A DNA stretch of 64,000 nucleotides, taken from positions 31,372,001 to 31,436,000 of the forward strand of contig CATNEN010000038.1 in NCBI GenBank assembly GCA_950097015.1. The letters run 5' to 3'. A program made the translations under genes and the position numbers. Under the pieces are notes generated by a model, which ran no database searches, was not told the DNA's origin, and saw nothing but the letters and a program-made list of their open reading frames with translations. Shown here piece after piece: positions 1-12,100 of the stretch (position 1 is its first letter; each line of letters starts with the position of its first letter). This DNA comes from Macrostomum hystrix. Its lineage: Eukaryota; Animalia; Platyhelminthes.

Positions 1-167
1 AGTGGCACTGAATAGTCCAGCGTGCAGTTGTAGCCGTCGGCCTCATCGGAATGAAGCTCGGAGACGTTGAACGAATTCAACGGACGGAACAAAAGCGACA
101 GCAGCAACAGCAGCAGCACTGCAACATTTGGAATTCGCGTAGAAATTTGGCAGACAGCGGCGGACAT
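1..167 (-). CDS. First coding exon (partial, runs off window) of a secreted or membrane protein
   Basis: ATG at 167 opens MSAAVCQISTRIPNVAVLLLLLLSLLFRPLNSFNVSELHSDEADGYNCTLDYSVP with no stop to position 1; signal-peptide-like hydrophobic stretch and N-glycosylation sequons (NVS, NCT). Confidence 0.6.
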   Translation of the reverse strand, partial: MSAAVCQISTRIPNVAVLLLLLLSLLFRPLNSFNVSELHSDEADGYNCTLDYSVP

Positions 168-1510
168 TGTATGACAGATTTCTAAGAAGGCTAGCAATTA
201 AACTACTCTTAGAAATTATATTCTCTTTGCGTGAACAAATAAACTAACGAAGAAATCAGAGCTGATCGTTAAAGTCTCAATCTTATCGCTTTTCAAACGC
301 CCGAACGGAAGTGATTCGTGAGTGCGTGCGTGTGCAAACTTAAACCATCTGTGCATGGACGAGGGCAAGAAAAAGCTTAAGGAATCGGAGGTGGTCGTAA
401 TAAATGATTCCTAAGACTAACGGCAAGGACATACCATCCCTACACAATATTTCCCTCTACCCCCACTTCACCCTATGGGGATTTTTACCGTTCCGCTTCC
501 GTCCTCTTCGTGCGTGCGTGGTGGTTTTTTCGGGAAAATATTTCATGAAGCCGGCAGTGGCCTTGGTGTACTGGAATCTTCCCAAATCTTTTGCCGCCCC
601 CTAGCCCAGTTCCCCATCCAAAATATGTAGAAAACAATAAACCTACGACACCTCCGGTAGTTTGAAAACCCAAAGTAAAGGACTGTTATGGTTCTTCATT
701 TAGTGCTGCAAAAAACGGCGCCTATAATTGCCGATATGTTGCGAAAATCACAAAGCGTGAATATATATTCAGTTGGAATATAAAAGAAGATTAAATAGTA
801 GACTAATTATCACATTTTAATTTTAAATCTACCAGTAGATGGCAACAAGTGATAAAAGTGATGACAAGTAAAACCTGACTGCTAGACAGGTCATATCTAT
901 AGATGAAGGATGTATTGTGTAGTTAGTATATTTTCGTTATGTTTTGCTAATAAACACTAAATACACAACATACAAAGAATATCCACTAAAATATATATTT
1001 GGCGTCGTTGGGGAAACTCAATTAGCGATTGCGCCAAATACAATTAGAAACAAATTGTTCTCATTTTACATGTAGCTTGCTTCAAGGAAAATAGAAAAAA
1101 CTTTACCAAATTACTGTACACTAAAAAACTAAGGTAACAACAATTGACCAAATAATTCAAGAACAAGTTATCAAATCGAGTGTATAGATAGGCTACCTTC
1201 AAGTCGAGATGCTATTTTAAGATGTCTCAAACCCAATCTCAATTTCAACCCAGTGAAGAAACAATATCCAAACAATGGTAAAGCGCCATTTTCTGCGAAT
1301 TAATTTTCTGTAAATTACAGTAACAATAAACACGCGTTACAAAACAAGAAAAGAATCTAATTAAGTACACCTGCTTAAACAATCATCAATAGAATGTAAT
1401 TTGCGCCTTGAATTTTTTAGTTTACTTTTATCTGATTTAACAAGAAGTTGTAAATCCTGCACGACTTGCGATTAATAAAAAGGTAGGTAAGATAAGATAA
1501 GAATTAATAA

Positions 1511-2130
1511 AGGAGAGAGAGGAAAGGAGAGATGGTGGATGATAGAGAGGAGAGATGGAGGGTGAGAGAGAGGAGGGATGGAGGGTGAGAGAGGAGAGAC
1601 AGAAAGTGGGAAAGGAGAGATGGTGGGTGAGAGAGAGGAGGGATGGAGGGTGAGAGAGAGGAGGGATGGAGGGTGAGAGAGGAGAGACAGAGGGTGGGAA
1701 AGGAGAGATGGTGGGTGAGAGAGAAGAGATGGAGGGTGAGAGAGAGGAGGGATGGAGGGTGAGAGAGGAGAGATGGATGGTGAGAGAGAGGAGGGATGGA
1801 GGGTGAGAGAGGAGAGACAGAAAGTGGGAAAGGAGAGATGGTGGGTGAGAGAGAGGAGGGATGGAGGGTGAGAGAGAGGAGGGATGGAGGGTGAGAGAGG
1901 AGAGACAGAGGGTGGGAAAGGAGAGATGGTGGGTGAGAGAGAAGAGATGGAGGGTGAGAGAGGAGAGATGGAGGGTGAGAGAGGAGAGACAGAGGGTGGG
2001 AAAGGAGAGATGGTGGGTGAGAGAGAAGAGATGGAGGGTGAGAGAGGAGAGATGGAGGGTGAGAGAGAGGAGGGTGAGAGAGGAGAGATGGATGGTGAGA
2101 GGAGGGATGGAGGGTGAGAGAGGAGAGAAG
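1511..2130. repeat. GA-rich composite minisatellite (GAGAGATGGAGGGTGAGA-type units)
   Basis: Purine-rich tandem variants read directly; produces the low-complexity ORFs 1472-2218. Confidence 0.9.
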
Positions 2131-2913
2131 AAGTGATGTAGGAAACACAGCTCATTACAGGCTTAATCAGTACAACAAACTGCACAGCTATCGGTAAAGC
2201 ATATATTTTGTCGCCCAATAATAACTAAAACAAATATCAATAGAATCAGTATAAAACAACAAACCAGTTGATTCTTCAGAGTTCAATTTAGAAATTGCAA
2301 AAAAATTATAAACATATACTAATGTTTGTGTACAAAGGATTCACGCACATACAGAAAAAACACAGAGAATTAGCAATTTTATTGAGTCAATAAAACTATT
2401 TACAAAAGAAGGCAACCAACTTTACAAACAATTCTAAAATATAACAAACATCAGAAATAAACAAAATTTGAAAAATTTCAGACAAAAACCATAAATATAA
2501 CATGCACATAAGTATGTAATGTAAGCCACTGCAAAACAATAAAAAACAGACAAAAATAGCAAAAACAAAAGCTGATATGAGCGGCTCAAACAATAATGGC
2601 ACAATCAGACAGGTGTATAAGCTCTGAGACAAGCACAAACAATTAAATCATTTTTAGATTTGCATTCAAGTGCAACAAAAACTATAATCGATATTTTAAT
2701 GCTAATAAAGCCATGAGCAGTCTATTATTAAGCCAACTGTTTTTTATTGAATAGAAAACTATTACTTCATTGCGATACAAACTGTAAAATAAGAGAGAAG
2801 TCAAGTGACTCAAAATTGCCTGACGAATAAAAAACTAAACAGAAGGCACGACCACGGCGAGATCTGATCTACGGGACGAAATGCTGACGCAACTTAAAAC
2901 CACTAGCCGGATG

Positions 2914-3784
2914 CTTCAGGGTCTGACAGTTCAGGGTCTGACAGTTCAGGTGCTTCAGGGTCTGACAGTTCCGGGTCTGACAGTTCAGGGTCTGACAGTT
3001 CAGGGTCTGACAGTTCAGGGTCTGACAGTTCAGGTGCTTTAAGGTCTGACAGTTCAGGGTCTGACAGTTCAGGGTCTGACAGTTCAAGTGCTTTAAGGTC
3101 TGACAGTTCAGGGTCTGACAGTTGAGGGTCTGACAGTTCAGGGTCTGACAGTTCAGGTGCTTCAGGGTCTGACAGTTCCGGGTCTGACAGTTCAGGGTCT
3201 GACAGTTCAGGGTCTGACAGTTCAGGGTCTGACAGTTCAGGGTCTGACAGTTCAGGTGCTTTAAGGTCTGACAGTTCAGGGTCTGACAGTTCAGGGTCTG
3301 ACAGTTCAGGGTCTGACAGTTCAGGGTCTGACAGTTCAGGTGCTTTAAGGTCTGACAGTTCAGGGTCTGACAGTTCAGGAGCTTCAGCCTTCAGGGTCTG
3401 ACAGTTCAGGGTATGAGAGTTCAGGTGCTTCAGGGTGACAGTTCAGGTGCTTCAGTGTCTGACAGTTCCGGGTCTGACAGTTCCGGGTCTGACAGTTCTG
3501 GGTCTGACAGTTCAGATGCTTCAGGATTTGACAGTTCAGGTGCTTCAGGGTCTGACAGTTCAGGTGCTTCAGGGTCTGACAGTTCAGGTGCTTCAGGGTC
3601 TGACAGTTCAGGTGCTTCAGGGTCTGACAGTTCAGGTGCTCCAGGGTCTGACAGTTCAGGTGCTTCAGGGTGACAGTTCAGGTGCTTCAGGGTCTGACAG
3701 TTCCGGGTCTGACAGTTCAGGGTCTGACATTTCAGGTGCTTCAGGGTCTGACAGTTCAGGTGCTTCAGGGTCTGACAGTTCAGG
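2914..3784. repeat. 15/24-bp minisatellite (GGGTCTGACAGTTCA +/- GGTGCTTCA) downstream of the PKNOX stop
   Basis: Tandem units read directly. Confidence 0.95.
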
Positions 3785-4008
3785 AACCTACTCTACCTTT
3801 CAGGAGAGTAGGTTCAGGGCCTGCTGTGGAATTGGCATAAACACAACGAGCATTTCGTGATATTCAAGTGGCACAAAACGAGCACACAATAACGATGAAG
3901 ACGTTAAAAATATAAAAGCCGCGAAACAAGTCGGACACTAACAAGCAACACTAACAAAGGACAAAAAGCCCTAAATAAGAACAAAGTCACACTACAAAAC
4001 TAAGAATA

Positions 4009-7000
4009 TCAGTCTCCACTTTTAGTACTATTACCAACGCTACAGCCGCTATCGACATTGTTTCCAAGCGATAGAGGCCAGAATCTGCCCAATTGTCGTT
4101 GTTGATGCTTCACTGACCGATTGCGTTTCGCTTCAACAGCAGCAGCAGCAGCAGCAGACGCCGATGCTGCAGCAGTTGGAGAGGTCGAATGCGATAAGGA
4201 AGACGCGGAATTTGCCAAGGAATTCGAACTGGGATTGCTGGAACTAGCACTTGAGCCAGACAGTGCAGGAGGCTGCGGCGGCAATATTCTTCGCCTAGCA
4301 TTAATGAACCAATTGTTCACCTGCAACAGGCTCAGGTTGCACTGGCTAGCCAGGACTCGCTTCTCATCTTCGTTTGGATACGGATGCTGTAATTAGTTGC
4401 CAGGTTGCGTCATTAGTTAACCACTGGTTCCTCCTTCAGTGCAACCTCATCAACCACTGGTTCCTCAGTAAGTTCAACCTCATTAACCACTGGTTCCTCA
4501 GTCAGTTCAACCTCAGCAACCAGCTGTTCCTCACTCAGTGCAACCTCATTAACCACTGGTTCCTCAGTCAGTTCAACCTCAGCAACCAGCTGTTCCTCAG
4601 TCAGTGCAACCTCATCAACCACTGGTTCCTCCTTCAGTGCAACCTCATCAACCACTGGTTCCTCAGTCAGTGCAACCTCATCAACCACTGGTTCCTCCTT
4701 CAGTGCAACCTCAGCAACCACTGGTTCCTCAGTCAGTGCAACCTCATTAACCACTGGCTCCTCAGTCAGTTCAACATCAGCAACCACCTGTTCCTCAGTC
4801 AGTGCAACCTCATTAACCACTGGCTCCTCAGTCAGTTCAACATCAGCAACCACCTGTTCCTCAGTCAGTGCAACCTCATTAACCACTGGTTCCTCAGTCA
4901 GTTCAACATCAGCAACCACCTGTTCCTCAGTCAGTGCAACCTCATCAACCACTGGCTCCTCAGTCAGTTCAACATCAGCAACTGGTTCAGTGCCTCATTC
5001 AGCCATTAACTATTAGAATAAAATTTACCACAAGATGCTGAAATAGCCACTGCTTCAGAATCTGAGTAGCCCGCTTTGGTAAAGCTCCGCGAACGCCTCT
5101 GCCGCCGCCGCCGCCGCTGCCGCCGCGAGCAGACGAGCTGTCCGAATCGTCGTTGGCAGCGATCAGAACAGGTGACATCAACGGTAGGGTTGGTGGAGCG
5201 CGATGCAGCTGATGAAAATCATCAGAGTCCGCTGCACTGGGCTGATAGGAATGACTTGGATCAGCATGATGAAGCAGCTGCTGCTGCTGCAGGCTGGGAC
5301 TAGCGGGTTCAGATGAGGCTGGAGAATCTGGCATTGAGTCTGCGGATTGTGAGTAGTGAGAAGTTTTTAATGACAGAGGGATTTTTAAAAAACATATTCT
5401 GTATGGGAGATCATTTTAATTCCTGAATAGGCATGTCTTCAAATTCCCTAATAAAAGTCACATAATTATGCAATTTACTTACAAATGTAAGTAAACACTT
5501 ATCCTTCATTCCACTGCTGGAAGGGGGGAAATATAAACATTCCTACAATTGTTAGAACTTGAGAAATCTCACTTTTCATTCCATTGTTAGAACTTGAGAA
5601 ATCTCACCCTTCATTCCATTGTTAGAACTTGGGAAATCTCACCCTTCATTCCATTGTTAGAACTTGGGAAATCTCACCCTTCATTCCATTGTTAGAACTT
5701 GGGAAATCTCACCCTTCATTCCATTGTTAGAACTTGAGAAATCTCACCCTTCATTCCATTGTTAGAACTTGGGAAATCTCACCCTTCATTCCATTGTTAG
5801 AACTTGGGAAATCTCACCCTTCATTCCATTGTTAGAACTTGGGAAATCTCACTCTTCATTCCATTGCTAGAACTTGAGAAATCTCACCCTTCATTCCATT
5901 GTTAGAACTTGGGAAATCTCACCCTTCATTCCATTGTTAGAACTTGGGAAATCTCACCCTTCATTCCATTGTTAGAACTTGGGAAATCTCACCCTTCATT
6001 CCATTGTTAGAACTTGGGAAATCTCACCCTTCATTCCATTGTTAGAACTTGGGAAATCTCACTCTTCATTCCATTGCTAGAACTTGAGAAATCTCACCCT
6101 TCATTCCATTGTTAGAACTTGAGAAATCTCATCCTTTATTATAATATTACCAAGTAAGATTATCCTGATAGATGAGTGATTAAGTCCTATTCTGCCATAC
6201 CATCTCCCGTGCCGAAAAAAATGAGCTACAGATAAACATCCGGCTGGCAACGAACCAAGGCATAGGCAATCAGCCAGAGTACTGCCGCCCTGCAGTGTAC
6301 TGATATAACGCCGACAGAAGTCACCACAAAGCTCGTCAACTTTGTCCAGCTCAGTCAGGTGAATGGCTAGCACTCGGACAGCTTCAGACATTAATTCGTC
6401 TAATTCGACATCCTCTTTAAAATCTTCCTCAGTTTCAGTGCCAGAAGCAGCAGCAGCAGCAGCTTGACGTTCGGCAAATGCCGCAGTTTCAGCTTCCAGA
6501 GCCTGTCTGCCAGTTTCAACGCTGACTCCGGCAGTCAGGGCTTCGCAGCGCATTAAGAGGCCGCTAAGCAGAGGATAGAGTCTGTGATGGCGGACTCGAC
6601 TCATCTCAGCGGCTAGGCGAGGGTGAGAGGCCGCTAACTCGGTTGAAGTTAAGGTTGGCACGCTGCGGAAGATGCAGGAGTTGCAGGAGAAATACTTCTC
6701 AGATAGTTCTCAGAATTAATGCATGAATAATTAAAATTACACCTAGCAGAGTTGGTGGGTCAGTGGCAGAGCTGTCCAACGCGTTTGCCTCTCGCACCAA
6801 GGTCCTGAGCTTGATAAACTGAAGCATTACAGTTTTGAAAAATCTTACTAAGGGTGTCTGGAGCTCTTACCACTGATCATAAGCTATCTAGGAGAGACAA
6901 TTTATATGAATCAATCGATTTAGTTGGTCCACAAACAATAGCATTCATCAATAAAGCTAGTTTGTATCCAGCAATGGTTTTCACAACTCAACTCACTTGT

Positions 7001-7187
7001 GCAAATCTTGCATCAGAGTGCTTGTAGTTGATGACACCAGATTAACTTGTGTGGCATCAAAGCCTTCGTAGCAGCACTGATTTGGTGTCGATGTGTCGGC
7101 TAATGTTTGAGCAGCTGCTGGGCAGTGCCACTGCTGCTGATGCTGCAATTCTGCTGACAATGATTTTTGTCTAGCTGACTTTGACAT
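4009..7187 (-). CDS. PKNOX: PKNOX/Prep TALE-class homeobox protein; coding exons 7187-6997, 6662-6256, 5339-5029, 4386-4009
   Basis: Spliced homeodomain [21 protein letters not shown]|[35 protein letters not shown]; MEIS/HR domain ([15 protein letters not shown]...[27 protein letters not shown]); downstream RFWP motif typical of Prep; GT-AG junctions phase-consistent (2,1,0). Confidence 0.9.
4418..4989. repeat. 33-bp intronic minisatellite (AACCACTGGTTCCTCAGTCAGTGCAACCTCATC) in the homeodomain intron
   Basis: About 17 tandem units inside intron 4387-5028. Confidence 0.95.
5560..6132. repeat. 35-bp intronic minisatellite (TTCATTCCATTGTTAGAACTTGGGAAATCTCACCC)
   Basis: About 16 near-identical units in PKNOX intron 5340-6255. 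Confidence 0.95.
6755..6816 (+). mobile_element. 5' fragment of tRNA-derived SINE family A
   Basis: AGTGGCAGA..AACGCGTTTGCCTCTCGCACCAAGGTC..TGAGCT matches the head of the 61606 copy. Confidence 0.7.
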
Positions 7188-9138
7188 TTGGCACACAGAA
7201 TTGAAAATTGAAAGAAATTATTATCTAAAACTTCAATTCGAAAGTTTAAATTTTTTTACATAATCTCAGCTAGAAGGCACATTGATGCATGGTTGGAGAA
7301 TACCTGAAAGTTTAAGCATAGAGATTTTTTTAAATTGATTAGCTAGAAACATGACAGTGCAAATTACAGATAGCTTATACAAAAGTTTAAATATAGAAAA
7401 AGTAAAAAAAATTATCCTAAAATTTTCAGTAATATAAGACTTAATCTATACAAGAATTAACAAGTCTGTTTGCTGATAATTACTCAACTTAACTTGTGTC
7501 ACACAATCTGCATTAATTGGTAAGTCTGTCTATAAACTACCAAAGACTAGGCCTGACAACAATAGCAATAATGACTCACCAAATTGAGCACACTTCCATT
7601 ATCTAAAGCTAAAGTTAACCAATTAGAACAGACAAAAGTGACATTGTCATACTAATGGATTATTACAAAATATATCACAGTAGGCCTAACTGAATAATGG
7701 CAGGCATTATAGTCAGTTATTGCCTCAATTACTGCACTAAAATAGTTTAAAGAGAATAGGGCCTAATAGTTTGCAATCCAGTACATAATTGCACTGAAAA
7801 TATTGTTGGGGTATATCCAAAGGTAATCTTGAAGGTTACTCTTAAACAGAGCATCAGATGTGCCATGGATGCTGTGGAATTTCTACTTTGCATGGGCCTG
7901 GCCCACTTGCTTTTTGTGTTTATATGCATGGTTATTGGTTACATTGTTTGGGTTCAAAGCTTTGTTTCTTTGCTTTTTCATCTCTATTCACTGTTACAAG
8001 TTAAAAATGTATATTATCTAAATAATTTAGGCCTAAGTAATGAACAAAAGCAAATGTATGCCTATAAAATATTTAGAGGGATAACATATTGTATTCTTTT
8101 TGGCTGAACTGGCTTCTGGTCCAAATTGTTTTGCGCAAAAATGTTTGTGGCCAAAAATGATTATGGTCAAAACAACATGTTACCCAAGTTAGACTAGGTA
8201 GGCCCTGGGAGGCTAGGCCTAACTTGGTAGTATGTGATGTGGGCCAAAATGGTTTTAGGCCAGAATTTTTATAGCCGAAATGACTTGAGGCCATAGGCCA
8301 AAGCAACCTGAATGTTTTGGACATAAAAGACTTTGTGATAGGCTTATCATTTTTTATAAATTATGATAGGCCTTCCTTTAATACCTAACCTAGGGTGTAA
8401 TTATGTCTTATGAAATTCTTTAGAAAAATTCATTTATTCGGGTAGAAAAAAAAAGAATTAGAAAATTTTCTGAAGAGGCGAAGAGGACGTTCTAAAATAG
8501 CAGTTATTTGCGTTTTTAACTACGAATTGAGTTCTTTTTTGCGCTTGTCAATAGTAGGCAAAGAAGAATCCATTTTCGAAAGAATGAAATAAATTAAGGA
8601 AAAGTTCGTTTTTGACTTAGCGTATCTAAAGTTTCTAATTTTAAGTAAAGTAAAACAAATCTCTATAGATTAAAAGGCTACAAACCATGACAACTTTGTT
8701 TGAAAACAAGCTTTTCATTTGCCTAACATGCACATAGTTATTGATTGATATTCTATATAGTATATTTGAAGCATATATATGTTAGTTAAGATTTCCGGAC
8801 AACGCTTTAACAAGTTCCAATCTGTCTGTGCATATTGTGGCAAGTTACATTCGTCACTGTGTGCTGATTTAGGATATCCGTTTTTAAACGGCAGATGATT
8901 ATCTCTAGCCTGCCTTTTTAGATAAAAAATTCTTTCGGTTGTTTGTTTGGCTATCCGCTATTTACTTTCACCGGGAAGAATCCTATAAGAAAAAAAGGCG
9001 TTCACAGAAAGTCGTTTCATGACAGTAATAATTTAGTTGTGGTATTTCAGGCAGAGCATGAGGCTCAGATCGTGCTCTGCCCATCCAGTTAATTTAATTA
9101 AAGCGAGGATCCATGCCAGTGATTCGGATAGATCAATA

Positions 9139-12100
9139 CCCACTGGGAAAAGACCTAGGGGGCCACTAGCGGCTTTAAAGGGGCCAAGGGGCAGAATGAA
9201 ATGTCATATAATTTTTAGGGACAACTGTCTTCGTAACAATAAAAACATACTGTAATAAAAATCTTGTCTGAATATGCAATTTTATGAAAAATGCTGCACT
9301 CCAGTTTCTGGGGGCATCCAAGGGGCTTGCCCCTAGTACTGACAATAATACTGTAGCGGTGGTGAGAAGAATCCAGTTCGCATATGCCATTCAATGTTTG
9401 GATTCAATTAGTTCCGTATGGGCTTCATAAACTAAAAGTAAAAGCACATAAAGCAATGTATACAGTGTACGAATAACTAAAAAATATATTACACACTGCT
9501 TTTGTTATAATTGTTGGTCATTTAAATGTCGCTTAGCATCGGCTGATGGCGGCCGGGTCACATGCATATCCAGCTGCACGTGTCCGCACATTGGGTCGGC
9601 GCTTTTCTGGACATGCTTATATATGATAATGTCTATTGCCATTTAATGTTGTAATTCGGAATCCAATGAATACGTGTAGTGATTAAATATCCTTACCTCG
9701 AACGCATCTTTCTAGGCACCTATATTTGATCACAGTCAATTTCGTGCACAATGTGTAATTCTGAATGCACACAAAACATTTTGCAGAACGCCTATATGCA
9801 AACAATAAAGCCTGTGTATAGTTGGTTAGATTACCTAATCCATGCTGGTTAATTATTGTGTACTTATTTTCATAGTAGCATAATATTTAGCTTTATGGGG
9901 AAGCTTGCTCTTGCCTTGGCCATGAGATGCCCATAGGACAATGTTTTCAACGTTTGAATGAGTTCATATTTCTCCAATCGCCCATGGCAAAAATAGAACT
10001 ACATTTTGAGACCTTAAAATTTATTAAAATAAAGTCATGTTTTTTCTTAAGAATCTAGAGTATGTGAGCAACAAATAATCTTCAAATGAATAATTTAAAG
10101 ATAACTGAATATTCTTTTTCCTACTTTTGAAGGACTCTTAAGTTTAATATATATTTTGAAGGAGAAAGATTTGAGTTTGGGAAGTAAAAAGTAGCCTATG
10201 ACACTCTACACACTTGATTTTTAGATTGGTATTATTTGGTGTTGTAGTTTTTGAGTCCATTGCAAACACAAATTGGCTACACAGACATACATAGGCAGAT
10301 ACACACAGACAGTTTTGTGAATATTTATATATTTAGAAGTTATCAGTAATTTTGGTAGAACAATTATTATTATTTTGTTATTAACAAAATGCAAAGCTTA
10401 AGTTATTTCTATTCTTTATTCTCTATTCTTTATCTATTCTTTATTCTTTATTTTTTTATTCTATTTTTCTTAAATGTCGCTTAGGCCTAGCATCGGCTGA
10501 TGGCGGCCGGGTCACATGCATATCCAGGTGCTATTATTATTATTCTTCTTTTTATTATACATTTTTTATTTTATTCTTTATTAGAATCTCTATTCTTTAC
10601 TTCTATTCTTTATATATATAGAAGTTATCAGTAATTTTGGTAGAACAATAATTATTATTTTGTTATTAACAAAATGCAAAATGCAAAGCTTCAGTTATTT
10701 CTATTCTTTATTTATAATTTATGGTTACAAAGGCAATGCCCTTTTTAAATGTTAGTGGTTTACATAGCAAAAAAATGTTTTGTAGATGACTTCACGTTGG
10801 ACTAAAAACCGTGCAGTGAATGACAGTATAGGCCTACTCAATTCTGGTGAATCAACTGAAGTACCAATTGCCATTGATCAAGCAATTTTTTCTGACCAAG
10901 CTGAGCTTAATATTAATCCAGCTGATGAAAATACCAATTTAAGTTATAACTTTGAGTCTTCAGCTGAAAATGACATGGATAATCATGGTTTCATTTCTGA
11001 AGAATCTGATGATGAAGAATATTATTCTTGTGATGAAGACAATGACTTTGATACCAACTATTCTGATGCTGACTGCAGTTCTACTCTTTCGCGTAACCTC
11101 TTCGCTACAGATTGCCGCTTAAGTAAGGAGCCAGAACCTGTGCCTGCGAATCTGGGGGGCACCCCCATTACCGTCGGGACACCATCAGTTGCTTCTGTTG
11201 ACCAATTGGTTGTAAGACAAGGACTGCAGCCAGGCTCAACCGAGGCATGCTATTATTTGGTTGCAAGCTTGTTTAAGCAAGTGCATGGACTCGCCATCAC
11301 TCTCAAGACGGAGTCGAAACGGTGGAGCGATGGTCTGGCATTACTAAAGCAAGCTGGTGCGGCTTCCTACAATTGCGGCGACTCCCGAATGGAGGAGGCC
11401 TCCATGGCATCCACTGAAGAGGAGGTTGAGTTACTGATTGGCAGTCTTGAGTCGCAAGACTACCGTGCGGATCTAATACGCCGTCTGTCACTGATTGGAG
11501 GCAAAACAGTCAGTGATGTTGTGCGCAACGTCATCACTGCGCTACTGTCCAACGCCATGCAGTCGAAATTCAATCGCACGGGGTCAGACAACAAGCGACG
11601 CTTCATGGGACCTGTAGAAAGCGTGGTTAAGGACGCTTTGAGACGCGTTAAGCCGTTTGCGACAGCCTACGACATCAATAATGCAATCGCAGCAACGCTG
11701 AAAAATGCGCGTGACAGGAATGGCGGCCGGCAAGCCCGACGAGCGTCGGCTTCGACTGTACAGCCATCTGCGACCATGGACGGCACACAGCAGACCCCGA
11801 GAAGAGCGCGTAGAAGGCAGTCATCGGGGACAGAGGTCGCTTCTGGTGCCACTTCTAAGAAGCATCTGACGACCAAAAAAAGAAGAGAATCGTGATCTCC
11901 AGCGACGACGAGGAAGAAGACTGAAGAAGCGTTTACGTAGCTGTCAGTCAGTCACATATGTTGTAGGGCTCTTTCTTACTTGCCAATATCCCACCACTAC
12001 TAAGTTGTTGTAGGGTTCTTTCTTTTATTTTATTAATATTAAAAACTTGCTTCTATAACACCTTAAATTGACCCTTTGAAGTAATTATTAATTTCCTTTG

